Source: Rikenellaceae bacterium (GTDB lineage Bacteria; Bacteroidota; Bacteroidia; Bacteroidales; Rikenellaceae). Taken from it: 35,618 bases of DNA. The position numbers and the translations under genes were made by a program. The notes under the pieces were generated by a model. The model searched no databases, was not told where the DNA came from, and saw nothing but the letters and a program-made list of their open reading frames with translations. Numbering within the stretch: position 1 is the stretch's first letter; each line of letters starts with the position of its first letter. The DNA is taken from positions 1 to 35,618 of the forward strand of contig JAWXSU010000001.1 in the NCBI GenBank assembly GCA_044434245.1. The letters are read 5' to 3'. Below, in pieces: positions 8,528-17,826 of the stretch.

Positions 8528-9823
8528 ATGACAAAGAAGAGATTAATAATTGGGGCAATTATCGTTGCGGTTGTCGCAGTGGGGGTTATACTCCTTTTCC
8601 CCAAAGGGTCAAAGGGTGATAATATTTCGTGGATCACAACAACCGTCGAACAGCAGCAGATCACCGAGAGTGTCACAGCTACGGGAACTATCGAGCCAGT
8701 GACGTTGGTGGATGTCGGTACTCAGGTGTCGGGAATCTTGACTACGCTATATGTTGATTACAATAGTGTGGTGACTAAGGGGCAAATTATTGCGGAGTTG
8801 GATAAAAGCACACTTCGCCTCACTCGTAATAGTAGTCGCAATAGTGTAGTTTCGGCAAAGAGTAAATTGGATTATGAGACTGCGAACTACAACAGAACAA
8901 AGGCATTTTTCGATAAGGGTTTGATCTCGGACGCTGAGTATGAATTGGCTCTATATAACTACGAATCGGCACTCAATAGCTACGAAGTGGCGAAGAACAA
9001 TCTAGAGGTTGCAGAGACCAATTTAGGTTACGCAACAATCTACTCACCAATCGATGGTGTGGTACTATCGAGAAGTGTTGAGGAGGGGCAAACTGTGGCG
9101 TCGAGCTACTCTACACCAACGCTTTTCACTATTGCTGCGGATTTGACAGATCTACGTGTTATTGTCGATGTCGATGAGGCGGATATAGGTAATGTTAAGG
9201 AGGGTCAACGTGCAACATTCTCAGTTGACGCATTCCCACTCGATACATTTGAGGGTGTGGTGACACAAGTGCGCCAAGAGGGAATCGAGGAGAGTAATGT
9301 TATCACCTACGAGGTGGTGATCTCTGCGGCTAACCCAGATTTGAAACTCAAACCAGGACTTACGGCGAATGTCGAGATATTTACAATGGATGAAACATGT
9401 GAGTGTGTAGTATCAGTTGCGGCACTATCGTTCACCCCTCCAACTCCTGATGATGCACCAAGTGAGGTTGATAGAGCGATGATGCATGCTCAAGATCCAT
9501 CTAACGGCGGTGGTCGTCCCGAAGGTATGGGAGGTGGTCGTCCCGAAGGTGCAGGTCCAGGCATGGGCGCAGGTGCATCTCGCCAAAAGAGAGTCGCTGC
9601 AAAGCGTGGCGATATGGGCACAGTATGGGTTTTGGTCGATGGCAAACCCCAACCACGCAGAGTCGAGGTGGGTGTAACAAATGGAATCTTAACCGAAATC
9701 AAGGGTATAGAGCAAGGAGTCGAGGTTATTACAAGTATGGAATTTGATGCGGTAGAGACAACAACGATCACGACTTCATCATCATCAAGCCCCTTCGTTC
9801 AAAAGCGTCCAGGTCAAAAATAG
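8528..9823 (+). CDS. MacA-like periplasmic adaptor (membrane fusion protein)
   Basis: N-terminal TM anchor. Motifs VTATGTIEP..VDVGTQVSG, ATIYSPIDGVV, VDEADIG and LKPGLTANV. Confidence 0.92.
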   Translation: MTKKRLIIGAIIVAVVAVGVILLFPKGSKGDNISWITTTVEQQQITESVTATGTIEPVTLVDVGTQVSGILTTLYVDYNSVVTKGQIIAELDKSTLRLTRNSSRNSVVSAKSKLDYETANYNRTKAFFDKGLISDAEYELALYNYESALNSYEVAKNNLEVAETNLGYATIYSPIDGVVLSRSVEEGQTVASSYSTPTLFTIAADLTDLRVIVDVDEADIGNVKEGQRATFSVDAFPLDTFEGVVTQVRQEGIEESNVITYEVVISAANPDLKLKPGLTANVEIFTMDETCECVVSVAALSFTPPTPDDAPSEVDRAMMHAQDPSNGGGRPEGMGGGRPEGAGPGMGAGASRQKRVAAKRGDMGTVWVLVDGKPQPRRVEVGVTNGILTEIKGIEQGVEVITSMEFDAVETTTITTSSSSSPFVQKRPGQK

Positions 9824-9843
9824 TAGACCCTAAATCGTAGACA

Positions 9844-10587
9844 ATGAAGAAGAAAGTAATTGAATTAAAGGATATTAAACGATACTTCCAGATTGGAGAC
9901 GAAACTGTCAAGGCTCTGCGAGGTGTGTCGTTTTCGATCGAGGAGGGAGAGTTTGTAACAATCATGGGTACATCGGGAAGTGGTAAGAGTACACTTCTCA
10001 ATATGCTCGGATGTCTCGATATGCCCACCTCGGGTGAGTTCTACTTAGACGAAGTTGCGGTGGCAGGAATGAGCAATGACCAACGAGCTAAGCTGCGCAA
10101 CCAAAAGATTGGCTTCGTATTCCAGAACTACAACCTTTTGGCTAAAACCACCGCAATAGCAAACGTCGAACTACCGTTACTATATACAAATGGTGTTTCG
10201 GCAGTGGAGCGACAAAAGCGAGCAATCGATGCACTTACGGCTGTGGGTCTTGCCGATAGACTCTATCACAAGAGTAACCAGATGAGTGGAGGTCAGATGC
10301 AACGTGTGGCAATCGCACGAGCACTTGTCAACAACCCGGCGGTGATTTTAGCGGATGAGGCTACAGGAAACTTGGATACTCGTACATCGTTCGAGATCTT
10401 GGTTTTGTTGCAAAAGTTGCATGCCGAAGGAAAAACTATTATCTTTATCACCCACAACCCCGAGATGGCAGAGTTTTCGAGCCGAACCATTACGCTGAGG
10501 GATGGACGCATAAAGAGTGACACCTATAACAATAATATAAGTAGTGCTAAAGAGGCACTAGCAGCGCTACCTATAGTAGAGGAGTAA
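9844..10587 (+). CDS. ABC transporter ATP-binding protein (MacB/LolD type)
   Basis: Walker A GTSGSGKST, signature MSGGQMQRVAIARA, Walker B ILADEATGNLD, ITH. Confidence 0.95.
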   Translation: MKKKVIELKDIKRYFQIGDETVKALRGVSFSIEEGEFVTIMGTSGSGKSTLLNMLGCLDMPTSGEFYLDEVAVAGMSNDQRAKLRNQKIGFVFQNYNLLAKTTAIANVELPLLYTNGVSAVERQKRAIDALTAVGLADRLYHKSNQMSGGQMQRVAIARALVNNPAVILADEATGNLDTRTSFEILVLLQKLHAEGKTIIFITHNPEMAEFSSRTITLRDGRIKSDTYNNNISSAKEALAALPIVEE

Positions 10588-10593
10588 ACGACT

Positions 10594-11814
10594 ATGAATA
10601 TAACGAATCTTTTTGCCATCGCATTCAAAGCGTTGGGTAACAATAAAATGAGGGCTCTGCTCACGATGTTGGGAATCATCATCGGAGTGGGGTCGGTTAT
10701 CACAATGCTTGCCATAGGTCAAGGATCTAAAGCGAGCATCAATGCCCAAATCTCGGAGATGGGATCTAATATGATTATGATTCGCCCGGGATCAGATATT
10801 AGAGGAGGTGTTACTCGTGACCCCTCGGATGGTCAAACATTGAAGATGTCCGATTATCTATCATTATATAATTTGACGGAGCATTTGGCGGCAGTGAGCC
10901 CCTATGTGTCGTCGTCGGGTCAATACATCTATGGAGCAAACAACTACCCATCGACAATTTCGGGTGTTACGGAGGATTATATGACCATACGCCAATTGAA
11001 GTTGGAGAGCGGAACGATGTTTACCGAAATGGATATAACAACAGCAGCCAAGGTGTGTGTTATTGGTAAGACAATTCAGGATTATCTCTTCGACGATGGT
11101 GTCGACCCTGTAGGCAAGGTAATACGCTTCAAATCAATCCCTTTTAGAGTTATTGGCACCCTGAAGGAGAAGGGCTACAATAGCATGGGTCAAGATCAAG
11201 ATGCAATCGTACTTGCCCCATATACGGCAGTAATGAAGCGTATTTTGGCGGTGACCTACTTCAACCAAATATACGCAAGTGCTGCCGACGAAGATAAAAC
11301 AGAGGAGGCGGTCGAAGCAGCAACAGCACTTTTGCGATCGAATCACAAACTATCGGCGACATCAAATGATGATTTTCATATCCGTACCCAACAAGAGTTG
11401 GCGACGATGATGACATCAACAAGTTCGCTTATGACAACCCTTTTGGCATGTGTGGCGGCAATCTCGCTTATCGTGGGAGGTATCGGAATCATGAATATTA
11501 TGTATGTCTCGGTCACAGAGCGTACCAAAGAGATTGGACTACGTATGTCGGTGGGAGGTCGAGGAATCGACATCTTGGCGCAGTTTCTTATTGAGGCTAT
11601 CATAATCTCGATCTCGGGAGGTATCATTGGTGTTATCTTCGGCTGTTTAGCTGCGTGGGCGGTGAGTTACTTTGCGGGGTGGCCTGTGTTGGTCGAGAGT
11701 TGGACTATATTTCTTTCATTTGCAGTGTGTAGTGTCACAGGAGTGTTTTTTGGATGGTATCCAGCTAAAAAAGCTGCGGCTTTGAATCCTATTGATGCAC
11801 TTAGATATGAGTAG
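10594..11814 (+). CDS. ABC transporter permease (MacB/FtsX type)
   Basis: RALLTMLGIIIGV, GGIGIMNIMYVSVTERTKEIGLR and PA.KAA.LNPIDALRYE motifs. Confidence 0.95.
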   Translation: MNITNLFAIAFKALGNNKMRALLTMLGIIIGVGSVITMLAIGQGSKASINAQISEMGSNMIMIRPGSDIRGGVTRDPSDGQTLKMSDYLSLYNLTEHLAAVSPYVSSSGQYIYGANNYPSTISGVTEDYMTIRQLKLESGTMFTEMDITTAAKVCVIGKTIQDYLFDDGVDPVGKVIRFKSIPFRVIGTLKEKGYNSMGQDQDAIVLAPYTAVMKRILAVTYFNQIYASAADEDKTEEAVEAATALLRSNHKLSATSNDDFHIRTQQELATMMTSTSSLMTTLLACVAAISLIVGGIGIMNIMYVSVTERTKEIGLRMSVGGRGIDILAQFLIEAIIISISGGIIGVIFGCLAAWAVSYFAGWPVLVESWTIFLSFAVCSVTGVFFGWYPAKKAAALNPIDALRYE

Positions 11815-11821
11815 TATATAG

Positions 11822-12886
11822 ATGGATTGGGCGTTAAACAATAAAAATCTAATGTTCACACTTCAGCTCTTGGGCTGGGGTGTGATTTTGGGTTTGTCGC
11901 TATTCTGGAGCTTTGGCTCTTCGTCCGAGAATATTGATTCTTATGGTGTTGCTCGATTCACTCTCAATGTTGTTATTCCTTTGATGTTTATCTATCTGCT
12001 CAACTACACCATTATTATCCCCCAATTTTTGTTCGGGGAGAGCAAAATGATATTCTTTGTAGCAAATGCGATTTTGATTGTTTTATTGCTTGTAGGGTCA
12101 TATAGCATCAGCGAATTTGATGTTTTGGGGGATTTGCGTCCTAAAGATGCACCACATCGTGATGGGCAGAGTATGGTCTTTTTGGTGCGGGATCTTATTA
12201 ATTATGTCTTAATGATTGGTCTAGTCACAGCTCTGCGCCTATCGGAACGATTGCAACAAAGCGAAGAGGCTCTGCGTGAGGCTGAAAGTGCGATGGTAAA
12301 GGCGGAGTTGGCAAATTTGCGAAGTCAAATAAACCCCCATTTTTTGCTCAATACTCTAAATAATATCTATGCACTGACGGCAATCGACACCGATAAGGCT
12401 CAAAAGACAATCAAGGAGTTGAGTGACTTGTTGAGATATATTCTCTACGACAACCTCAACGAACGAGTGTTGCTCCGTAAGGAGGTTGAATTTCTGAAGA
12501 GTTACATTGAGCTAATGAGTATTCGACTTCCACGCAAAGTGCAACTCACAACGGAGTTTAAAATATCACAAAGTAGAGAGACATATATCGCACCATTGAT
12601 ATTTATTTCGCTCATCGAGAATGCTTTCAAACATAGTGTTAGCGGAAATGGTGAGGGATATATTACGATTTGTTTTGAGGAGAGCGAGCAGCTTGGAGAG
12701 GTCACTTTGTCGATAAAAAATAGTAACCACGCCAAACAGGATCACGACAAAAGTGGTCATGGGATAGGTCTAGAGCAGGTGCGCAGACGTCTGGAATTGT
12801 TGTATGGCGGAGGCTCTTATAGATGGTCTGTAGAGCAGAACAAAGATGAGTATTGTAGTGTATTAACCCTAAAATGCAGTTTATGA
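11822..12886 (+). CDS. LytS/YehU-type sensor histidine kinase
   Basis: Several N-terminal TM helices. Motifs LRSQINPHFLLNTLNNI, LIENAFKH and GHGIGL. Confidence 0.93.
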   Translation: MDWALNNKNLMFTLQLLGWGVILGLSLFWSFGSSSENIDSYGVARFTLNVVIPLMFIYLLNYTIIIPQFLFGESKMIFFVANAILIVLLLVGSYSISEFDVLGDLRPKDAPHRDGQSMVFLVRDLINYVLMIGLVTALRLSERLQQSEEALREAESAMVKAELANLRSQINPHFLLNTLNNIYALTAIDTDKAQKTIKELSDLLRYILYDNLNERVLLRKEVEFLKSYIELMSIRLPRKVQLTTEFKISQSRETYIAPLIFISLIENAFKHSVSGNGEGYITICFEESEQLGEVTLSIKNSNHAKQDHDKSGHGIGLEQVRRRLELLYGGGSYRWSVEQNKDEYCSVLTLKCSL

Positions 12887-13584
12887 GATTAAAAACTATT
12901 GTTATAGATGATGAACCATTAGCAGCGATGCTAATTGAGGGTTACATCTCCAAAACACCATTTTTGGAGCATACCGCAACATTCTCTACCGCAGTGGAGG
13001 CGATGAATAGCGAGGAGTTGGCGGTGGCAGATCTTCTGTTTTTGGATATCCAAATGCCAACGCTCACGGGGCTAGAATTTAGCCGCATGGTGGGGTCTCG
13101 AACGAGAATAATATTTACCACTGCATTTGGACAATATGCCATTGATGGATATAAGGTTAACGCACTGGATTACCTGCTCAAACCAATCTCGTATAGCGAT
13201 TTTTTAGGTGCAGTACAAAAAGCGGAGGAGTGGTTTAAACTCAAGGGAGAGGAGGCAGAAATAGACTCTATATATGTAAAATCAGAGTATAAACTTTTGC
13301 GAATAGAGCTCGAAAAGTTGTTGTACGTCGAGGGTTTGAAGGATTATGTGAAGTTTCATGTGGAGGGAGAGCCTAAGCCGATACTCTCGTTGATGAATAT
13401 AAAACATGTCGAGGAGATACTCTCACGAGATAAATTTATACGTGTACACAGATCATTTATTGTGCGCAAAGATAAGATAAAGGTTATCGAAAGAAGTCGT
13501 ATTCTCTTTGGAAATGAGGCTATTCCAATCGGGGAGAGCTACAAATCAGTAGTGCAGGATTATCTGAAGGTTAGAATTGTTTAA
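12883..13584 (+). CDS. LytTR family response regulator
   Basis: IDDEPLA, LFLDIQMP, DYLLKP, and LytTR motif FIRVHRSFIV. ATG 12883 overlaps the kinase stop (ATGA). Confidence 0.95.
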   Translation: MRLKTIVIDDEPLAAMLIEGYISKTPFLEHTATFSTAVEAMNSEELAVADLLFLDIQMPTLTGLEFSRMVGSRTRIIFTTAFGQYAIDGYKVNALDYLLKPISYSDFLGAVQKAEEWFKLKGEEAEIDSIYVKSEYKLLRIELEKLLYVEGLKDYVKFHVEGEPKPILSLMNIKHVEEILSRDKFIRVHRSFIVRKDKIKVIERSRILFGNEAIPIGESYKSVVQDYLKVRIV

Positions 13585-13643
13585 AAATTTGCATAATTGA
13601 AATTATTGTTGTAACATTGCACCAATATATAATTTTATCGGTT

Positions 13644-14012
13644 ATGAAAATAGCAATTCCAACACGTGACAATATGGTTGATAACCACTTTGGTCACTGC
13701 GCTTACTACTCAATCTTCGAGGTTGAAGATGGTAAAGTGTTATCACAAGAGAAATTAGAGGCACCTCAAGGTTGCGGATGTAAATCAAACATCGCCTCAA
13801 TCCTTAGCGAGATGGGTATCGAGCTAATGATCGCAGGCGATATGGGAGCTGGTGCAAAGAGTAAATTGGAGTCTAGTGGCATCTCTGTTATTAGAGGTTG
13901 TAGCGGACTTGTCGGTATGGTACTAGCGGGTTACATCGCAGGAAAAGTTCAAGACTCCGGAGAGGGGTGTGCACATGTTCACGAAGATGGGCATGTGTGT
14001 AGTGGACACTAA
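13644..14012 (+). CDS. NifB/NifX (dinitrogenase Fe-Mo cofactor-binding) family small protein
   Basis: MKIAIPT..VDNHFGHC, GCGCKS and AGDMG.GA motifs, with a Cys/His-rich tail (CAHVHEDGHVCSGH). Start at ATG 13644. Confidence 0.88.
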   Translation: MKIAIPTRDNMVDNHFGHCAYYSIFEVEDGKVLSQEKLEAPQGCGCKSNIASILSEMGIELMIAGDMGAGAKSKLESSGISVIRGCSGLVGMVLAGYIAGKVQDSGEGCAHVHEDGHVCSGH

Positions 14013-14026
14013 TTGGGTGATAAATT

Positions 14027-14099
14027 TTAACGTGAGTTCGATAATAGGAAAACCGGCGAATTATTTATATCGGTTTTCCTATTATCGAACTCACGTTAA
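14027..14099. repeat. 29-bp perfect inverted repeat with a 15-nt loop
   Basis: TTAACGTGAGTTCGATAATAGGAAAACCG (14027-14055) / CGGTTTTCCTATTATCGAACTCACGTTAA (14071-14099). Confidence 0.95.
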
Positions 14100-14120
14100 T
14101 TATATTTTACTTTAGGTAAT

Positions 14121-14287
14121 TAAGTAGTGAAAAACAATTATTGCCATATTTTTAATAGCACTCTTGGAACGATATTTTTCACTATTAAATCTCAATGTAG
14201 AACCACTATATTTTCAATTCAATAGCAAAAAATCTCATCTTCAATAGCACTATCAAAAACACATCAATAATTATTTTACACTACTTA
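14121..14287. mobile_element. 167-bp MITE-like element, copy 1
   Basis: Terminal inverted repeats TAAGTAGTGAAAAACAATTATTG / CAATAATTATTTTACACTACTTA. 157/167 identical (hand count) to 23210-23376. No ORF in the track. Confidence 0.8.
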
Positions 14288-14294
14288 GAACACG

Positions 14295-15626
14295 TTAATT
14301 AGCCTCCTCAATAAGCACACGTATCCCTTTGATCTTCTCGCCTTTGATGAGAGACATTAGGGATTTTATTTTTGCTCTGCGTACGGCGACAAAAGAGTAG
14401 TGCTCACGGACGTCAATAGTGCCTACATCTTCACGAACAAGCCCCCCCTTTTTGTATAGAAACCCAGCGATATCCATGCGGCTAAGTTTATCTTTTTTAC
14501 CTTTGCTCAGATAGAGTGTAACCCACAGTGGGCGAGGGGGTAGAGGTGAAGATTGGGGTAGAGTGTGCTCTTCGATGTCGGATTCGATATATCGTGGTAG
14601 AGGCTCTCCGTCGCACACCATTATGTATGATGTTCCGCTCGCTTGCCAACGTGCTGTGCGACCATTGCGGTGTGTGAAGGCATCCTCTTGTGGGGGCATA
14701 TGATAGTGTATGATGTGCTCCACCTCGGGGATATCCAAACCACGTGCTGCGAGATCTGTAGCAATTAATACCTGGCAGCTACCGTTACGAAATTTATATA
14801 GCGCACGCTCTCTGTCGGGTTGCTCCATGCCGCCGTGAAAACGCTCCGTGTATAACCCCCTTTGGGATAGGAGGTCTGATATCCGGTCTACTGGTTCACG
14901 GTGGTTGCAAAACACAATGCTCGATGATGTGCCCAGAGAGCAGAGCAGCGAGTGTAGTGTGTCGACCTTGTCACGAGATGGAGATACGACTCTTTTGAGG
15001 GTTAGGCGTGACGATATATTATCTTCGTGTGGTAGAAAATCTAGGCGTGTAGTCTCCCCTAGTGCCGTAAATTCTGGTATCTCCTCGGCATCAGTAGCTG
15101 ATATTAGCATCCTCTTTTGCAGTGATGGTAGTTGCTCAATGATTTCCGCCATTTCGTCGTGAAACCCAAACTCCAATGATTTGTCGAACTCATCAATTAT
15201 TAGGGTTTGAATGGTGTAGGGGTTGAAATTACCCTTATATATATGGTCTGCCACACGTCCCGGAGTTCCGATTATTACTGCAGGATTATTCCCTTGAATA
15301 GACCTTTTCTCTTGGGCTATGGGGTGTCCTCCATAACAACAACAGCTTTTCCATGGGGTGTTCATCGCCTTGAATACACTCTCGATCTGGAGAGCAAGTT
15401 CTCTGGAGGGGGTGAGTATTAGTGCTTGAATACTCTTATCCTCTTGCGAGAGGTTCATTATGAGAGGTAACAGAAAAGCGAGAGTCTTACCCGATCCCGT
15501 AGGTGAGAGTAGCACCACATCCGAAGGTGTTGTCGCCACCTCTAGAGATGCCTTCTGCATAGGGTTGAGCTCCTCGATATTGAGGAGCTGGAGAGCTGTT
15601 GATATTACTTGTTCGTTATTTGTCAT
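14295..15626 (-). CDS. DEAD-box RNA helicase with DbpA-type C-terminal RNA-binding domain
   Basis: SPTGSGKT, PSRELA, TPGR, DEFD, SAT, TDLAARGLDI, HRNGRTAR, and C-terminal GKKDKLSRMDIAGF. Start at ATG 15626. Confidence 0.93.
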   Translation of the reverse strand: MTNNEQVISTALQLLNIEELNPMQKASLEVATTPSDVVLLSPTGSGKTLAFLLPLIMNLSQEDKSIQALILTPSRELALQIESVFKAMNTPWKSCCCYGGHPIAQEKRSIQGNNPAVIIGTPGRVADHIYKGNFNPYTIQTLIIDEFDKSLEFGFHDEMAEIIEQLPSLQKRMLISATDAEEIPEFTALGETTRLDFLPHEDNISSRLTLKRVVSPSRDKVDTLHSLLCSLGTSSSIVFCNHREPVDRISDLLSQRGLYTERFHGGMEQPDRERALYKFRNGSCQVLIATDLAARGLDIPEVEHIIHYHMPPQEDAFTHRNGRTARWQASGTSYIMVCDGEPLPRYIESDIEEHTLPQSSPLPPRPLWVTLYLSKGKKDKLSRMDIAGFLYKKGGLVREDVGTIDVREHYSFVAVRRAKIKSLMSLIKGEKIKGIRVLIEEAN

Positions 15627-15640
15627 TTTGCAAAGGTACG

Positions 15641-16048
15641 TTAATTTATGCAAAATAACTCAATATCAAAAATTAAAGTCGATCCTCCGGGGATATTATC
15701 TATCGTGCGATCTCCATATCCCACCTCGGAGGGGATATATACCTCCCATCTGTCACCCACGCACATCTGTTGTAGAGCTATCTGCCACCCCTCGATAACC
15801 TCACGAAGACGGAAGGTTTCGGGGTAGCTATTGTTGCGTGTAGAGTCAAACGTGCGACCGCTAATTAGTCGACCTTCGTAGTGCACAGAGACTACATTTT
15901 GGAGTGTCGGGTGTCGATCTCCCTCGCCTTGAGTTATGACTTTGTATAGCACACCTCCGCCTAGCGAATGGATATTTTCGAGTGCGGAGAGTTCTGTAAG
16001 AAAGTTTCTATTTGCAGCGACATAATCTTTATTTGGTCTCTTTGCCAT
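15641..16048 (-). CDS. FKBP-type peptidyl-prolyl cis-trans isomerase
   Basis: VHYEGRL..G.TFDS, VIEGW, IPSEVGYG and IPGGSTLIFDIEL motifs. Confidence 0.95.
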   Translation of the reverse strand: MAKRPNKDYVAANRNFLTELSALENIHSLGGGVLYKVITQGEGDRHPTLQNVVSVHYEGRLISGRTFDSTRNNSYPETFRLREVIEGWQIALQQMCVGDRWEVYIPSEVGYGDRTIDNIPGGSTLIFDIELFCIN

Positions 16049-16051
16049 GCG

Positions 16052-17086
16052 TTATAAACCTTGAGGGTGTGATTGTGATTTAATTACGATATCAGTACCG
16101 TCGGGGGTCACCAACATTGCACCTTTAGATTGTTCGGTAATGTGACCGATGATATCTATGCATCCCAACTTTGCAACACTCTCCTGTGCCGATAGTGGTA
16201 TTGTGAATAGTAGTTCATGATCCTCGCCTCCGTTGAGTGCTGCAACCACGGGATCTATATTCATCTCTGCGGCGAGTGTTGATGTCTGTTTTGCTATAGG
16301 AATACGTTCTAGGTATATTCTCGCACCACATGACGAACTTTTGCAGATGTGTAGAAGGTCGCTAGCCAAGCCATCACTTAGGTCGATCATGGATGTTGGC
16401 ACGACACCCTCCTCTGCCATCGACTCCACAACGCTACGTCGAGCGTGGGGTTTGAGGTAGCTTTGTAGCAGATACTCAAATCCCTCGAATTGCGGTTGCG
16501 GATTCTCGACACCTGAGAGTACTCTCTTCTCACGTTCGAGAAGGTGTAGACCCATATATGCAGCACCTAGGTTTCCGGTGATGCAGATCAAATCGTTTGG
16601 TTTTGCGCCACTACGATAAGCGATTTTATCTTTCGAGCCACGTCCAATAGCGGTTAGGCTGATGACAAGACCTGTCATAGATGCACGAGTGTCGCCTCCG
16701 ACGAGGTCGATTTCGAAATCTTCGCACGCTTTGTGTACCCCTTCGTATAGATCTTCGAGTGATTCAACAGCCATTTTAGATGATACACCCAGCGATATCA
16801 TGATCTGTTCGGGCAGAGCATTCATCGCCAAAATGTCGTTTATCGCCACCACCACAGCTTTGTAGCCTAAGTGTTTGAGTGGAAAGTATGTAAGGTCGAA
16901 ATCTACCCCTTCGAGCAGGGTGTCGGTCGAAGATAGTATCACCTCTTGTGTCGATGTCGACAATACGGCAGCATCATCGCCATACCCACATATTGTGCTC
17001 TTTTTAGTCGTTGAAAAAGGTTTCATTAGTCGTTCGATAAGACCAAATTCGCCGAGTGTCGATATTTCGGTTCTCTGTTTTGTCAT
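16052..17086 (-). CDS. thiL: Thiamine-monophosphate kinase
   Basis: GEFGLI, GDDAAV, NDILAM, GGDT, IDLSDGL and GGEDHELLFT motifs. Start at ATG 17086. Confidence 0.95.
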   Translation of the reverse strand: MTKQRTEISTLGEFGLIERLMKPFSTTKKSTICGYGDDAAVLSTSTQEVILSSTDTLLEGVDFDLTYFPLKHLGYKAVVVAINDILAMNALPEQIMISLGVSSKMAVESLEDLYEGVHKACEDFEIDLVGGDTRASMTGLVISLTAIGRGSKDKIAYRSGAKPNDLICITGNLGAAYMGLHLLEREKRVLSGVENPQPQFEGFEYLLQSYLKPHARRSVVESMAEEGVVPTSMIDLSDGLASDLLHICKSSSCGARIYLERIPIAKQTSTLAAEMNIDPVVAALNGGEDHELLFTIPLSAQESVAKLGCIDIIGHITEQSKGAMLVTPDGTDIVIKSQSHPQGL

Positions 17087-17110
17087 TCTCAATATTTTTT
17101 AATTCTCGCA

Positions 17111-17159
17111 CAAAAATACCCAAAGTTTAAGGAGTTTACAAAAAAAAAGAGTATTTTTG
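17111..17159. promoter_or_regulatory. Divergent promoters (thiL / adk)
   Basis: TATTTTTG on the minus strand at 17111-17118 and on the plus strand at 17152-17159. Confidence 0.6.
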
Positions 17160-17185
17160 TCACAAACTTTTAAAAATTAACAACA

Positions 17186-17764
17186 ATGTTGAATATTGTA
17201 CTTTTTGGTGCTCCCGGTTGCGGAAAGGGCACACAAGCAGCTCGACTTAAGGAGAAATATGGTGTAAATCACGTATCTACGGGCGATGTAATTCGTGGAG
17301 AGATATCACGTGGAACAGAACTCGGTAAGGAGATGGCAGCTTATACAACTACTGGACGTTTGGCTCCAGATGCTATTGTGATCGGAATGATCGAGAATTA
17401 TATCGCTGAGCACAAGGAGGATAAGGGTAATATCTTTGATGGTTTCCCTCGTACTACAGCTCAAGCTGAGGCTTTTGATGTTATGCTTAAGGAGAACAAC
17501 GATTCGGTGGATGTGATGATCTACATGGAGGTTCCAGAGGAGGAGCTCGTAACTCGTATCCTACTTCGTGGTAAGGATTCAGGTCGTGCAGATGATGCTT
17601 CGGAGGATGTTATCCGCAACCGAATCTCTGTTTACAACGAGCAAACTGCTGTTGTAGCAAGCTACTACGAGAAGCAAGGAAAGTATGCTGCGGTGAATGG
17701 TTTGGGTTCAATGGATGAGGTTTTTGATCGCATCTGTGCTGCAATAGATTCGGCAATCGCATAA
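17186..17764 (+). CDS. adk: Adenylate kinase (short-LID type)
   Basis: GAPGCGKGTQA, HVSTGD, FDGFPRT and RADD motifs. Confidence 0.97.
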   Translation: MLNIVLFGAPGCGKGTQAARLKEKYGVNHVSTGDVIRGEISRGTELGKEMAAYTTTGRLAPDAIVIGMIENYIAEHKEDKGNIFDGFPRTTAQAEAFDVMLKENNDSVDVMIYMEVPEEELVTRILLRGKDSGRADDASEDVIRNRISVYNEQTAVVASYYEKQGKYAAVNGLGSMDEVFDRICAAIDSAIA

Positions 17765-17785
17765 CTACCCTAAATCAGATAATAT

Positions 17786-17826
17786 AAAACGATGCGTCCC
17801 CCAGTGTGAGGATGCATCGTTTTTTT
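17786..17826 (+). terminator. Intrinsic terminator after adk
   Basis: AAAACGATGCGTCC...GGATGCATCGTTTTTTT. Confidence 0.85.

Noticed and set aside
9509-9550. Direct repeat GGTGGTCGTCCCGAAGGT x2 (24-nt period) in the MacA-like gene
   Set aside because: In-frame duplication encoding a low-complexity GGRPEG linker, common in these adaptors. Not an array or mobile element.
13644-14012. Nitrogen fixation implied by the NifB/NifX-family gene
   Set aside because: This small family is widespread in non-diazotrophic anaerobes, and no nifHDK is in the window.
14027-14287. Possible CRISPR array or leader in the repeat-rich intergenic regions
   Set aside because: No regularly spaced direct repeats with unique spacers, and no cas genes.
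17087-17185. TPP riboswitch upstream of thiL
   Set aside because: The intergenic region is only about 100 nt, AT-rich and filled by divergent promoters. No TPP aptamer structure is visible.
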